64,000 nucleotides of DNA from Lama guanicoe (taxonomy: Eukaryota), in NCBI GenBank assembly GCA_013239625.1, contig MU054400.1, positions 3,783,802-3,847,801 of the forward strand, written 5' to 3'. Below are positions 38,923 through 50,475 of this stretch, in pieces. The stretch's first letter is position 1. Every line of letters begins with the position of its first letter. The translations under genes and the position numbers were made by a program. The notes beneath the pieces were generated by a model that did no database searches, was not told the DNA's origin, and saw nothing but the letters and a program-made list of their open reading frames with translations.

Positions 38923-39302
38923 CTAAAAAATGAAATAGACTGGTTTACAAAGTCGAAAGGAACAACATCCGAAACAGCCTGACAACTGTAACCATATCCA
39001 AGGAGAGCTGAAATTAGGCATGAAGGTGGCAGAACTTTGCAAGTTAATCGAGAAGCGAGACACATATGCGGGACTCCTTAAAGCACGCCCGGCCAGCCGG
39101 TGCACAGCAAGCCTCACCGCACACCGCCCACGCCGAGGGCAGAGCAGAGGAGCCGGGGGGTCAGCCAGAAGGACGGAGGGCAGGGCCTGGGGCCGCCCAG
39201 CACCTCCTGAGCACCTGGCACAGAGCAGCTAGCACTCAGTGAGTATTTGCGGGAGAGACAGATGATGGGAGGGCTGCCTGCTCAGGTCTGAGCTAGGTTT
39301 AC

Positions 39303-39370
39303 CTGAACAAATGTGCCAGCTGGTCTCAAAGAAGAAGGGGATCCAAATACACAATCTGATTTAGACAGAC
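39303..39370 (-). CDS. TUT7: Candidate TUT7 cassette exon A (G)LSKSDCVFGSPSSLRPAGTFVQ
   Basis: ctgatttctttctcag acceptor, CAG|gtaaac donor, 68 nt, phase 1 to 0, open reading frame. Confidence 0.65.
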
Positions 39371-41505
39371 CTGAGAAAGAAATCAGCACTTTGTGTTCCT
39401 ACTTGAGATTGAAAATAGTAGCCCTGTTCTCAAACTTTCATGGCTAGGCTTCCTGTTTCCACGACAGAAGCTCCATTCAGTGTATCATGTGGACAAAATT
39501 ATAACGTATTTGAAGAAATAAGAGGGAGTAACATAATTTTCAGACGTGAAGCAGCTGACTACTTTCAACTGCTACTGGAGGAAATTCACCATACTCTAGC
39601 CCCACTCCTCCCTTCGCTATTTTGCTTTTATATTATGATGACTACTTGATTTGTAATCAAGTCATCATAGTATAAAGCAATGTTTACACATTCAGGTCAC
39701 ATCGCGACTTGAATGTGTAAACACTGAATTCTGAAGAAACCAAGATTCTAGTGCTTTCGGTAGGTTTGGTAATCCCCCATCCCCGCCCCAGGATATCCCC
39801 TCTCTCTTTGATTTGCTGCCATCCTCTAGCCGGCCAGATCATTGCTCTAACTATTCTGAGGACTTCACTGGTAGACATCTTAAAACTTGCTACTAGCTAG
39901 GAAGAAGAAATCCATCCAAGCAGGGGGAACGCAGGGCCATTCTTCCACCACTTGGTTGGACCAAAGAAGAACGCAACACGAATGTGCTTCCTGCTCTGCG
40001 CACACACACACCTTGAGTTCTTCTGAAGGGCAGCCTACAAATGTAATTTTGGTAAGACTATTACATCTTCTCTACACTGTTTACAGTTTCCTCATCTGTA
40101 AACTGGGGATATCAATAATACCACATTTATGGGGCTGTGGTGAAAATTTGATGAGATTACCCATGTGAAGTACTTAAAATAGTGCCTGACCCACAGTAAG
40201 TGCTCAGTGAGTGTTAGCTATTGCTATTATTTTAACTTCTTTTACATATGCTACCTCTTAGAAAGAAAAATCATTTTATTCTGGTTTATGTCTCCTGTGA
40301 GAGCAAAAAAGTTTGAATTTGAATCTGTCTGAGTTTCTCAGAAGTCAGGCAAGCTGGCCCTGTATCTTCCATAAACATTTAAGTCCTATTTTAAACCAAT
40401 AATAAAACAATTAAAAAATATAATTCTTTTCATATAAAGCTTATTATAAAAAAATAAAAAGAGCTGATCTAAAAGTTTTCTGTCTTAAAAAAAAGAAATA
40501 CTATATTCCTGATATGATATAAAATGGAAGAGAGATATTACTGTTCTAGGAACAACATAGCTTTTTAAGGAAATTGCCAGCAGTGCTGGCTTTTTTATGT
40601 TATCCATAAATATTTACATCTGAGGATGGGAACAGGGTTACTAGTTTAATCAAAAACATTTCTCAGGGTTCCATTTCTATGCTAATCAAATTTCACCCAG
40701 TTTCACAGGTCTGTTCTGAGAAAACAAAGCGAGTGTACAGACTGCTTTGTAAAACCTGACTTAACCCCTACACACGAGGTACCCTTACTCTTGATACAGT
40801 CTGTTAAAAAGGTGCCCACAACGGATGCTTCACCCATTTAACAGAAAAGGTACATCGAGATCTGACAACTCAGAGGGACAAGATTTATGGATGGTTCTCA
40901 ACTATGGACTGGTAATATATTTCTCCTCACCGTAAGAATAATCATGTTCACTGCAGAAAAGTATTAAAATGATGAAATGCAAAGATAACCCCCTGTAACT
41001 CTCCTCTGTGGATAGAGCCACTGGTAACCGTGTAACCCATCTCTTTCTACGTGTATTTACACAATACAAGTGGTTCGCGGCACACACGGTATGCTGTCCT
41101 GAGATCACTTCAGCTGTGCCGCCCCCATGGTCGTTCAGGGTTTCCATTTCAAAAGTGCACACACTGAGTGGCAGTGCTCAAGCGGTAGCTTGTTTTCTGG
41201 CTGCTTAGGCTTTGTTTTTTAGGTACCGGGGATGACCAGGGCTCCAATTTATTGATAATCATATTAGAAAAGTCAACCAAATGACTTTGATAAGCCTCTT
41301 AATAAAACCAGGAATAAGTGTTTAAGACATTTAAAGGCTCAGAATTAAAGGCCAGGGGAGGTGGGTTCACCTTCTTAAAAACAAAATCTTTTCCAGTAAA
41401 GAGATCTGTTAAAAAATGAATATAACTAAGATAGTTGAGAACTCTAAAAAAGAGATCTCCTTTGAGATGTGAGGGCAAACATCAAGGTGTGATTGGTGTC
41501 CATAC

Positions 41506-41831
41506 CTGAAGAACCTTTAAACTGCGGGCATTCCTTTTTAATGTGTCCTTCTCTTCCACAAATAAAACAGCGTTTTTCTCTTAAGTCTTTGTCATCCTGT
41601 CTTTTCCATTTTTCCACGGGTGGCCTGAGAACTTTCTCTCTCCCCGGGTCAACAGCTGCCCTCACTGGCTTGGCTTTCTGGGCTGTGCACTGCATGGGCT
41701 TATCTTCTTTTGCTGACACCTCCCTCTCTGTGTACTTGTTTTGAATTTCTTTGTCTTCTTTGCTTCTTTTCTCTTTGTTCTCAGGGTATCTTTGGTTCAG
41801 GGTATCGTCCTGATCTCGCCGTCGCCTCACT
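41506..41831 (-). CDS. TUT7: TUT7 exon with basic region and third CCHC zinc knuckle (CFICGREGHIKKEC)
   Basis: ORF track plus ctgcag/gtatgg splice sites; 326 nt; phase 2 to 1. Confidence 0.97.
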
Positions 41832-43019
41832 CTGCAGAAGATATAACACTAGTAAGAAAAATCTAAACAGAAACCTAAACAAAATACTAAGACCCCTCCA
41901 GGTTTAGGAGATAACCAGACATGGAAGGCATCATAGGGAAAACAATTTTTTTTTAAACAAATTTAAGTCCATATTAAGAAGTAACCTCAGGGCTTAAGAA
42001 TGTAGCTTTTCTTTTTCATTTTCATAGTTTTTCTAGTGCTATAAAATCAGTTTTTGCAATTAGTGGAACTTCTTAATTCAATACCTACTTTGATAATGAT
42101 GTAATGAAACTCATATCATCCTTGGAGTGATTTCTTAAAACTTTCTGGCCCAGCAGCATTCTTTACTAGCACTGGAAACTTGTGACATGAAACTTTAATT
42201 TCACAAACAACGGTTATAGAGATTTATGTTCTTAAAATGTCAGTTACTTCTTCCTTGCCCTGCATGATCAGTGACTATTATCTGAATAAAAAATAAAGTA
42301 CTAAATAAGAGCCTCAAATTCCAGATGGTGAGTTATTTTAGGTAGCATGTTTTTAAATAAGAATATTATCGTCCAGTTAAAAATACTACTACCACCCAAA
42401 AACATGAATATGTCCCAAGCAAGCAACCAAAACCACATCCCCGTCTGCCCTTCTGCAAACATTATCAGAAGAAAGCATGGCAACCAAATTGAGTAGGTCA
42501 CCATAGCAATTATTAAGAGTTGAAATGCATACAAGTGAAGGGTCCTACAGTCCAGTGAGCCATCAGTGAGTCTGAATCCCAACACGGTACACCCCAGTTA
42601 CTGTACATTAGAAACGTACTGAGATCCTAAAAAAATCCATTTTACTTTTCATTGACTGAAATGATTCTAAACTTCTCACTGCTATAAAAGGAAGAAATTT
42701 TGGTTTCCTCTTTTCTTCTTCCATCCCTGTTGGAGAGTGTGATAACCAAATTATGGAGTGATGATTAGGCTCGTGACCAATATTAGGAAGGGGGACCACA
42801 CCCAGAAGACTGTCTTCTGTACACTCTAGTTAACCCTAGTCACCTGCACTTAAAGCCATGCTTTAAAAATCACTTCACTTTCATTGTAAAATATTTCAAA
42901 TTTATCTCAGAACTGCTGGATTTAATACAAGTTTATTTTCTGTTACAACAGCACCTCATGTAAAAACTGATACAGTAAGAAAATAAAAACAAAACCACCC
43001 CTTTTGAACATTCACTTAC

Positions 43020-43135
43020 TTTCTCCTCAAAGGACAATCCTTCATGAAGTGTCCAATTTTCCCACAAATTCGGCAACATCTATCATTTGGGGCCAGCTCT
43101 CCTTCAGTCAGCACATCTGGATCAAAAAAGTACTC
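43020..43135 (-). CDS. TUT7: TUT7 exon EYFFDPDVLTEGELAPNDRCCRICGKIGHFMKDCPLRRK (second CCHC knuckle)
   Basis: AG/GT boundaries, 116 nt, CX2CX4HX4C. Confidence 0.97.
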
Positions 43136-43426
43136 CTAGCAGAACATAAATATATAGAAATCTGAACTATTAATGTGAGATCCAAACACCCAAAACTAAC
43201 AAATATCAATCAGGGATCTTATATCTTATGTTGCTCAATAATTATTTAAAATAATCGACATAGGATTATCTCAAATAACTTTTATTAAACTGTTTAATTC
43301 CAAAAATCTAAAGCCAGCGAGTGGGTCTAATTCAGAATAGGTTTACCTAAATTCATTTTGGTTATTCCTTTTTGTCACGCAAAACGATGTTTAACCATAA
43401 AGGTAGCTCTTCCCCTGGCACACTTC

Positions 43427-43590
43427 TTTTTTTTTTTCTTTTTCTTTAGTTTTTTTTGAGATGGGAAGGTAGCTAATTAAGTTTACTCATTTATTTACTT
43501 TTTTTTTAAAGGAGGTACTGGGGATTGAACCCAGGACCTCACGCACACTAAGCATGCGCTCTACCACTTTGAGCTATACCCTCCCCCACA
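43427..43590 (-). mobile_element. tRNA-Ala-derived SINE (camelid Vic-1-like)
   Basis: Antisense tRNA-Ala(AGC)-like head with A/B boxes, an A-rich tail and TSD GCACACTTC (43418-43426, 43594-43602). Confidence 0.85.
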
Positions 43591-44729
43591 CCAGCACACT
43601 TCCAAACAAGAGCATTACACATTCCTCCTGTGAGTCAGCTTCCTAGGACTTAGGGGAAGCTGAGCCCAGGTACAAAGGCTTCATTTTCTCATAAGATGAA
43701 AAGGCTAAAGCCTAATGAATTGAGAAACATGATCTGCATTACACAGATTTTATAGAGAAAAAGCAGCTCTGTGCTGTTGCTCTGTTGTGGCTTCTGAAGG
43801 ACAATAGCAGAGGACAGGAAAGACAACAGTCTGGACTCGAGCCCCTTTGCCACTGAAATCAAGGTGGGCACCAGCAGAACTGGCATCAGCCGGGAGCCTG
43901 CAGGACACGCAGTCTTGGCCCTACTCCAGACCTCCTGAATCAGAATCCGCATTTTAACAAAATCCTCAGGTGACTTCCGTGAACAAGGTTCATAAGCATG
44001 GTGTAGGAGACGGCCACAGCAGTAGCTAGTGAAAACTAGATGCAGAGATGTGATCAAATGCTGAACAAGCTCATACACCCAGTCGCTTAAGGTTCACTTC
44101 AGAAGTCTTTACTAAGAAAATTAACGTAGGAAAACCCCACTTTATTCTTAACATAAAACCCTCTAGTCCTTTACTCCTTCCCCTTTTCTTTCACGGAAAT
44201 GAATTTTTATAATGCCATTTTGTTTTGCTCTTTTATGTGTACGGTTTCATAAAAAGCTGAGTATCAGGTTATCTGAAAAAAGACAGATTTAGCATAGGCA
44301 GCACCTTCTCTCTCCTGGTCCTATTGAGGGATTTATTATTCTGCAAGCAGACTGGAAAATCTAGATGCTGTATGAGGCGGGTGGACAGTGTTCTTAGATA
44401 TGTGCAAACTAGGTCTGCAGAGTCTGGCATGGAATTAAATGCTTGGTGGAACAGCAGTGCCACCTATGTGTGAGGAAAAGAAGCAGCAACAAAATGATAA
44501 ATTTTCCCACGCAAACTCTTTTGGCTGTCTCTCCCTGTTCTCATATGTGGTTTCAAAATAGGGATGTTTAAAAAGTTTTTTAGGAATTACTTTGTATTGC
44601 AATCATTCATCTTGGCTAGACTCACCAAACTTTCAGAGTATTTAGGTTATTACTGAAGTGATATGTACAAATTAGGTGCTTAAAAGGGTTTTAGAATTGA
44701 TTTTTTTGGTATTTCCAACAGACACTTAC

Positions 44730-44821
44730 CATTTTTGAGGGGTAGTCCTTCGGAAATCCTTTGACAGGAATACCAAATACTCTTCTACCATTAATAAATG
44801 CCTTCATTATAAAATTTGTCA
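44730..44821 (-). CDS. TUT7: TUT7 exon (M)TNFIMKAFINGRRVFGIPVKGFPKDYPSKM
   Basis: AG/gtaagt boundaries, 92 nt, phases consistent. Confidence 0.96.
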
Positions 44822-44904
44822 CTAAGAAGAAAAGAGTAAATGCTCAATTAGATGGATTAAAAGGAAAAGAGTTGGCATTAATATTTATAAACAAGGAAAC
44901 TTAC

Positions 44905-44952
44905 TTTTCCTTGATAATCCAGCTCCAAGATTATGATTCAAATCAAATGGAT
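44905..44952 (-). CDS. TUT7: TUT7 exon (D)PFDLNHNLGAGLSRK (nucleotide-recognition motif with the UTP-specifying His)
   Basis: DPFDLNHN motif; 48 nt; followed by an 83-nt intron. Confidence 0.97.
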
Positions 44953-46684
44953 CTAAGTAAAGAAAATTAATGAAAACAAAAAAAAGATAATCAAATAGGA
45001 AATGCCACTACTCAGAAATTACGTGAGGTCTATATAACAAGAAAGTGTTACACATTTTACCACTAATAAAAGTATTAAATGACTGCCTTTTTAATGAGTT
45101 TCAAATCTGTAATACAGATAAGGAATATACATTCCTAATTGTAAGGTAAGTTTTTTCCCAGAAATGTTCATCAGAAAAGAGAGTATAGCTTTATATTTGA
45201 GTCCTTAACAGAGTCCTTCATAATATGAGGCGTTTTATTCTGAATAAAATACTGTCTGGAGAAGACATATGAATCTGATATTACCTAATCATGCTAGTTT
45301 TAGAGGCATACAGAGGTCACAAATATACTTAAAAAATTTTAGCACTGAATTTTCCTGCTAATTAACAGCCTTTAAAAAAATCATTTTAGAAAATAATTTA
45401 TCACGAAGATCATAAAACACACTTATAAGGTAAATGAAAGCATACACAGAAAACACACAACAGTCCCAACGACATACCAATGGTCCCCTGGATCTCAATT
45501 TCCAGTGAGAGCTTCATATAAGGACTCCCGTATGATCTTATATGTTTGCATCTCAAATGTCTTAGACAGGTTGATATATGATGCGTCTAGAACATTATTT
45601 GTTAGATGACCCAGAAAGTGGTAGGAATAATGAAAAAAAATGCTGATGTCAAAGAAGTATGTGAGATCTGAATAAACTGGTTCATGAAATAAATGAAGGT
45701 AAAGCACTATTTCCAAATCAAAATATTTATATTTGATTTTAAATATATACATAAAAATTCACAATTTAAACCTTATGTGTAGATATTCAATTATTTCCAA
45801 TAAATGTCTAAAAATATATTCAAGAAAGCAAAGGAAAAAACCCTTAAAACCTTTTTTGGGGGGATCATCTCATTAAGAAAATGGAGGATGTATACAGTAT
45901 ACAGTATATAAAAGGAGTAAAGCAGCAAGAAGAGGCCTCCTTCCAGTTGTCTGTTCTGCTTCTAATGTACAGTAACTGTGGTGTATATGATTTGAGATTT
46001 AGACCCACGAACAATTTACTGGAGTATAGGTCGCTTCACTCAGTTTAACTCTATGCTAACAACTGCTATGAGAAAGTCGCCATTCCAGCAGGTTGGGCCA
46101 TGCTTTCTTCTGGTGATTTTTATGTGTGCACGTGGAAGTGGTTTTGGTTGGTTGCTTGGTGTAGCAGAGATACTACAATATGAGCTATAGTACAGTTACA
46201 CACGCTACCACTACCACCATTGGAATTCCTCAGTTCTAGAGTAACTAGTCAAAAGTCACCCTTCTAATTTAGCCTGTTACTAACAGCTCATCTACAAATA
46301 ATGTAAAAATTAAAAGCAAAAGATAATGAGGCTTCAAAAATTAAAAACAATATTAATAAACGGCAGACCATTAAGAACTCATTGTGATAATGGAAAAGTA
46401 TAAGTTCTATGTTTTTGACATATGTGATCCTAAAAAGTTAAAACCATATCTATAACTCACTGTTATCTACATTTAATTTTACAAATGCTCACAGTATTTC
46501 AACACTGCCAATAGGCAGGAGTAAGATAAAAGCACAACCTACAGTAACACATTATTTAGGTGATACGAGTATATCAAAATTTTTGAAAAAGATTAAAATC
46601 AACAAAATACATTTTAAGCCATTTGTCAGTTCATTTTTAAGCATTTAAACTCCATTTTGTCTTTAAAATTAAAATCCCACAAAC

Positions 46685-47005
46685 TGATCACTTATATGTG
46701 GAATCTAAAAAATAAAACAAATGAATGACTATAACAAAACAGGAACAGACTCAGAGATAGAGAGAACAAACTAGTGGTTACCAGTGGGGAGAGGGGCAAG
46801 ACAGGGGTATGGGGTTAAGAGACACAAACTATTATACATAAAATAAATAAGCAACAAGGATATATTTGTGCAGCACAGGGAATATAGCCAATATTTTATA
46901 ATAACTTTAAATGGAGTATAACCTATACAGATTTTGAATCACTATGTTGTACATGGAAAATTAATAGAATACCGTAAATCAACCATACCTCAATTAAAAA
47001 AAAAT
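46685..47005 (+). mobile_element. L1 3' end (L1MA-like)
   Basis: TCACTTATATGTGGAATCTAAAAA...ACTAGTGGTTACCAGTGGGGAGAGG...CAGCACAGGGAATATAGCCAATATTTT...CAATTAAAAAAAAA. Confidence 0.85.
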
Positions 47006-47657
47006 CAATACTGAGCAATCATTGAAAATAATTTGGTGAATATAAAAAGACACAAAAGGGTATATCAAAGTAAAACCATTCAGGGTAAAAAGCAAGTTTC
47101 CAAATAATGAGCTCAATTATCTTAAAAAAAAAAAGTGTATGTGTATGTAAATATTTAAGTGCACATATAAATCCATGGATTCTGGCGTTCAAGGAAAGCA
47201 GCAGCTTAAACATGGGCAAAATAAATGTCAAATTTTATATATAACCACTTATTGGTAAACTCCTCCATCAGTAGATAGCAAATAAGGATCTTGAACACTG
47301 ACTCTTAGAGGCACTCTTCAAACCCTCACTTAGGAAGGTTTTAAAAGTCCCACTATTTTGAGGCTGACTTATCTCAACTGCAACCTTATTCTCCAGTATG
47401 TGTTAAACAAAGGTAAAGGATTTATCATGGTGAACAAAGGCTCTGGGATTTGTGAGAGGCCCCACAGGAGTCATTTAAAAATAAATCTTTAGGCTGGACA
47501 CAGACAAGTCTGCCTGATGTGGACAGCTAACAGGCCAGCTGTGAGGCACATCTGATCAGTGGCCCGCGGCTGCTCCGGAAGATCTCTGCAAGGACAAAGA
47601 ACCGTCATAGTTCAACCTCTATATTCTATTCAATTTTAAGTTTGATTTTATTTGTAC

Positions 47658-47835
47658 CTTCAATAACAATGTATTTTGAGGTCCACTGTTTCTTAAAAGT
47701 TGTAAGCAGACTTTTTCTCCTGATACTAATGACATGTTCTTTAAAATCAAATTCCTCTGTGTAGAAACGAAGAAGTCCCAACCAGAGCTGCCCAACAGAT
47801 TCTGTATTTTTTCCATATTCTGGCCAATAGGTGGG
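47658..47835 (-). CDS. TUT7: TUT7 exon PTYWPEYGKNTESVGQLWLGLLRFYTEEFDFKEHVISIRRKSLLTTFKKQWTSKYIVIE (PAP-associated domain)
   Basis: 178 nt, AG/GT boundaries, phase 0 to 1. Confidence 0.97.
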
Positions 47836-48457
47836 CTAGAAACAGAAGGAACAAGAGATATCATGCTCTATAATAAAATGTTAATATCAATATTCATTTG
47901 TATCTTAGGGAGTAAGTTTGGATTTATTTAAATTAACTAGAGTTTAAATACATAAGATTACAACTATATAACTTTCCTATATATTTTAAAATATCATTTA
48001 CATGAGTTTATTAATCTCTACCCTATGACTTAGAGTTGGAAAGAGCTCAGGGTTTTAAATGTCAAACCTCAAAATGCATGTTTGTGAAAGAATTGGGAAT
48101 TAAATTTTAAGAGTGTTGGTGACATCTGGTTATTAGGTCTCTGTAATTCAAAGTCTTTCCAAACTTTCTGTAGGAAACCATAGAGCAAATATTTGTTCAT
48201 TTGGAATAAAGTTACCTAACCATTTGGAATTATTAGGCATTTAAGAAATCCTGGATATAGTCCCTAAAAACTCACCTGGCTTAAAAAAAAAATGTTTTCA
48301 ACTTCAAAGGAATCATCTGTATATACTAGTTTTTTAACTATCATAATATAAATAAATATAACAAGTGATAATACAGTTCTTGCCCATCTACACTACAGCA
48401 TGGTATAGCTAACTCTCAGTCAAGGATGTAAAAAATCTTTACTATTAAAATACGTAC

Positions 48458-48535
48458 CAGTTCATCTATTTGATCAAAAAAATAAATATTCCAGCCATCA
48501 ACAAATATTTCAGGTTTCTTTTCACCTTTGTATAT
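48458..48535 (-). CDS. TUT7: TUT7 exon IYKGEKKPEIFVDGWNIYFFDQIDEL
   Basis: 78 nt, AG/GT boundaries. Confidence 0.96.
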
Positions 48536-48709
48536 CTGAAATTAATTTTTAAACTATTAGTATGGATTACAAACTTAATGCATTGACACAAAAACTTGTA
48601 GGAAAATAGTTAAAAATTTAACTACAGAACCACAGAATTTTAGAGAAGGAAGAGGGCACAAAGATCGCCCAGCTCTACATGTAAAAAATACGACTTCTTT
48701 TACTGATAC

Positions 48710-48823
48710 CTCTTGAAGGACAGGGATGACTGGCGGATTCCTCTGCTGGAGAAAATATAGCACCATAAGCGTGTATGCGTATGATGATAAGCTGCCTCTA
48801 GATGCATCACCAATGTCGCACAT
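48710..48823 (-). CDS. TUT7: TUT7 exon MCDIGDASRGSLSSYAYTLMVLYFLQQRNPPVIPVLQE
   Basis: 114 nt; GSLSSY motif of Cid1-family nucleotidyltransferases. Confidence 0.97.
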
Positions 48824-49193
48824 CTGGAGGGAAGGAAAACAGGAGCAAAGGAAAGATGACCAATGTGTTCTGCTACCTTCGCACTGTTCTATTATCACTA
48901 GAAGTAAGGTGCTTCTATAGGGCACTAACACACAACGGACATTTTGAAATGCTAAAATATGCCAACAAAACCAAGAAAAACCCAAACCAAACCAAAAACA
49001 AAACCCCATCAAAACCAAACCAAACCAAACAAACCTCGACAAAGCTAAGGAGTTGTTAGCTACAAGTAATATTAGGTTACAATGTAAAAATTTAAGACAA
49101 CAAAATTTTAGCTTGTTGAGTAGGACTTTTCAAATAGTTAAAAGAAGTGTTTGACATGGCTACGGATCTTTAAAAATACAGACTTATGTTTTC

Positions 49194-49472
49194 TTTTTTT
49201 AAACTGAAGTGTAGTTGATTTAGAATATTATATTCATTTCCGGTGTATGACATAGTGATTCAGTATTTTTAAAGATTATACTCCATCTAATGTTATTACA
49301 AAATAATGGCTACATTTTCATGTGCTGTACAATACATCCTTGTTGCTTATTTACTTTATACACAGTAGTTTGTGTCTCTTAATCCCATACCCCTGTCCCG
49401 CCCCTCCATCCTTCCCTCTTCCCACCAGTAACCATCATGGTTTATTCTCTGTATTGGTGAGTCTGCTTCTTT
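49194..49472 (-). mobile_element. Truncated L1 3' end with 17-bp TSD
   Basis: TSD TACAGACTTATGTTTTC at 49177-49193 and 49473-49489. Confidence 0.85.
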
Positions 49473-49548
49473 TACAGACTTATGTTTTCAGCTAGGTTTG
49501 AAGATGTAATGACATTTCCTGATAAATCACAACAGGAAGCATACTCAC

Positions 49549-49638
49549 CTTTGTAAATACTTTCATGGTATAGCACAAATATTTCACTCTGGGATCAATG
49601 GCTGAATAGGCAGATAAGAGCCTTGTGTTATGAAGGGC
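49549..49638 (-). CDS. TUT7: TUT7 exon ALHNTRLLSAYSAIDPRVKYLCYTMKVFTK
   Basis: 90 nt, AG/gtgagt boundaries. Confidence 0.97.
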
Positions 49639-50371
49639 CTGTTAAAAGGAAAATTACACTACCAATTAGAAGGAAAAGTTTTAAGCTGGAATAGTCTGAA
49701 AAGGTTTACACTGTAATTCATTTTAGGATGAAGACATTTAGGCTGAAATTAATATTTTTCCCCTAAAGGTAAGCTTCATTAGCTTATTAGTTAATAATTA
49801 AGAATTGTAAGTGATAACTGACACCTTGTAACTGAACTATACTTCAATTTAAAAAAAAGTAAAAAGTAAAAGGTTAAAAAAAATGGATTGATAAGTGATA
49901 TCTGACCTAAGGACTCTTTATTCTAAACATTCCCAGAGAATAAGTGCTATTAAAACAATCAGTTTCCTTTAAGTTGATGTAATCCTAACCCCACCACTAT
50001 TCAAATTAAATGTCCTCAGGGGCCAGAGAGGTCCCATAAAGCCCTCAAGCAAACCAGGCATGAGACCAAAGACGCACACATACACACACTCCAAAATTAA
50101 GGCAAAGTTCAAGCCAAACAAAAAGCACCTGCCACTCGGACCTCATTCTAAATGAATACTAATACATATATTTTTAAGTGAATACTAATATTAACTCAAT
50201 TCTGTTATATCCCCAGCCTCAGAACACTGTCAGGCACTAAGCACGCACTCATAAATAACTACTGAAAGAATGAATAGGATGAAATGAATGGCTTAATTTT
50301 ACTTAAAGATTGTATAAGACATACTTGTTCCTTTCAGTCTCCCCAAAGAAAAAGTCTAGAGAAAATCTTAC

Positions 50372-50475
50372 CAATGTGTTATACAAACTGATGTCCACTT
50401 CCAGACCGCTTCTCAAATGGAAGAACTTTACAATTGGCACCTTTGCTGTTGTAATAGGCAAGATGTTTCTCAGCC
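50372..50475 (-). CDS. TUT7: TUT7 exon (G)LRNILPITTAKVPIVKFFHLRSGLEVDISLYNTL (third catalytic Asp)
   Basis: 104 nt; AKVPIVKF..DIS motif. Confidence 0.97.
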
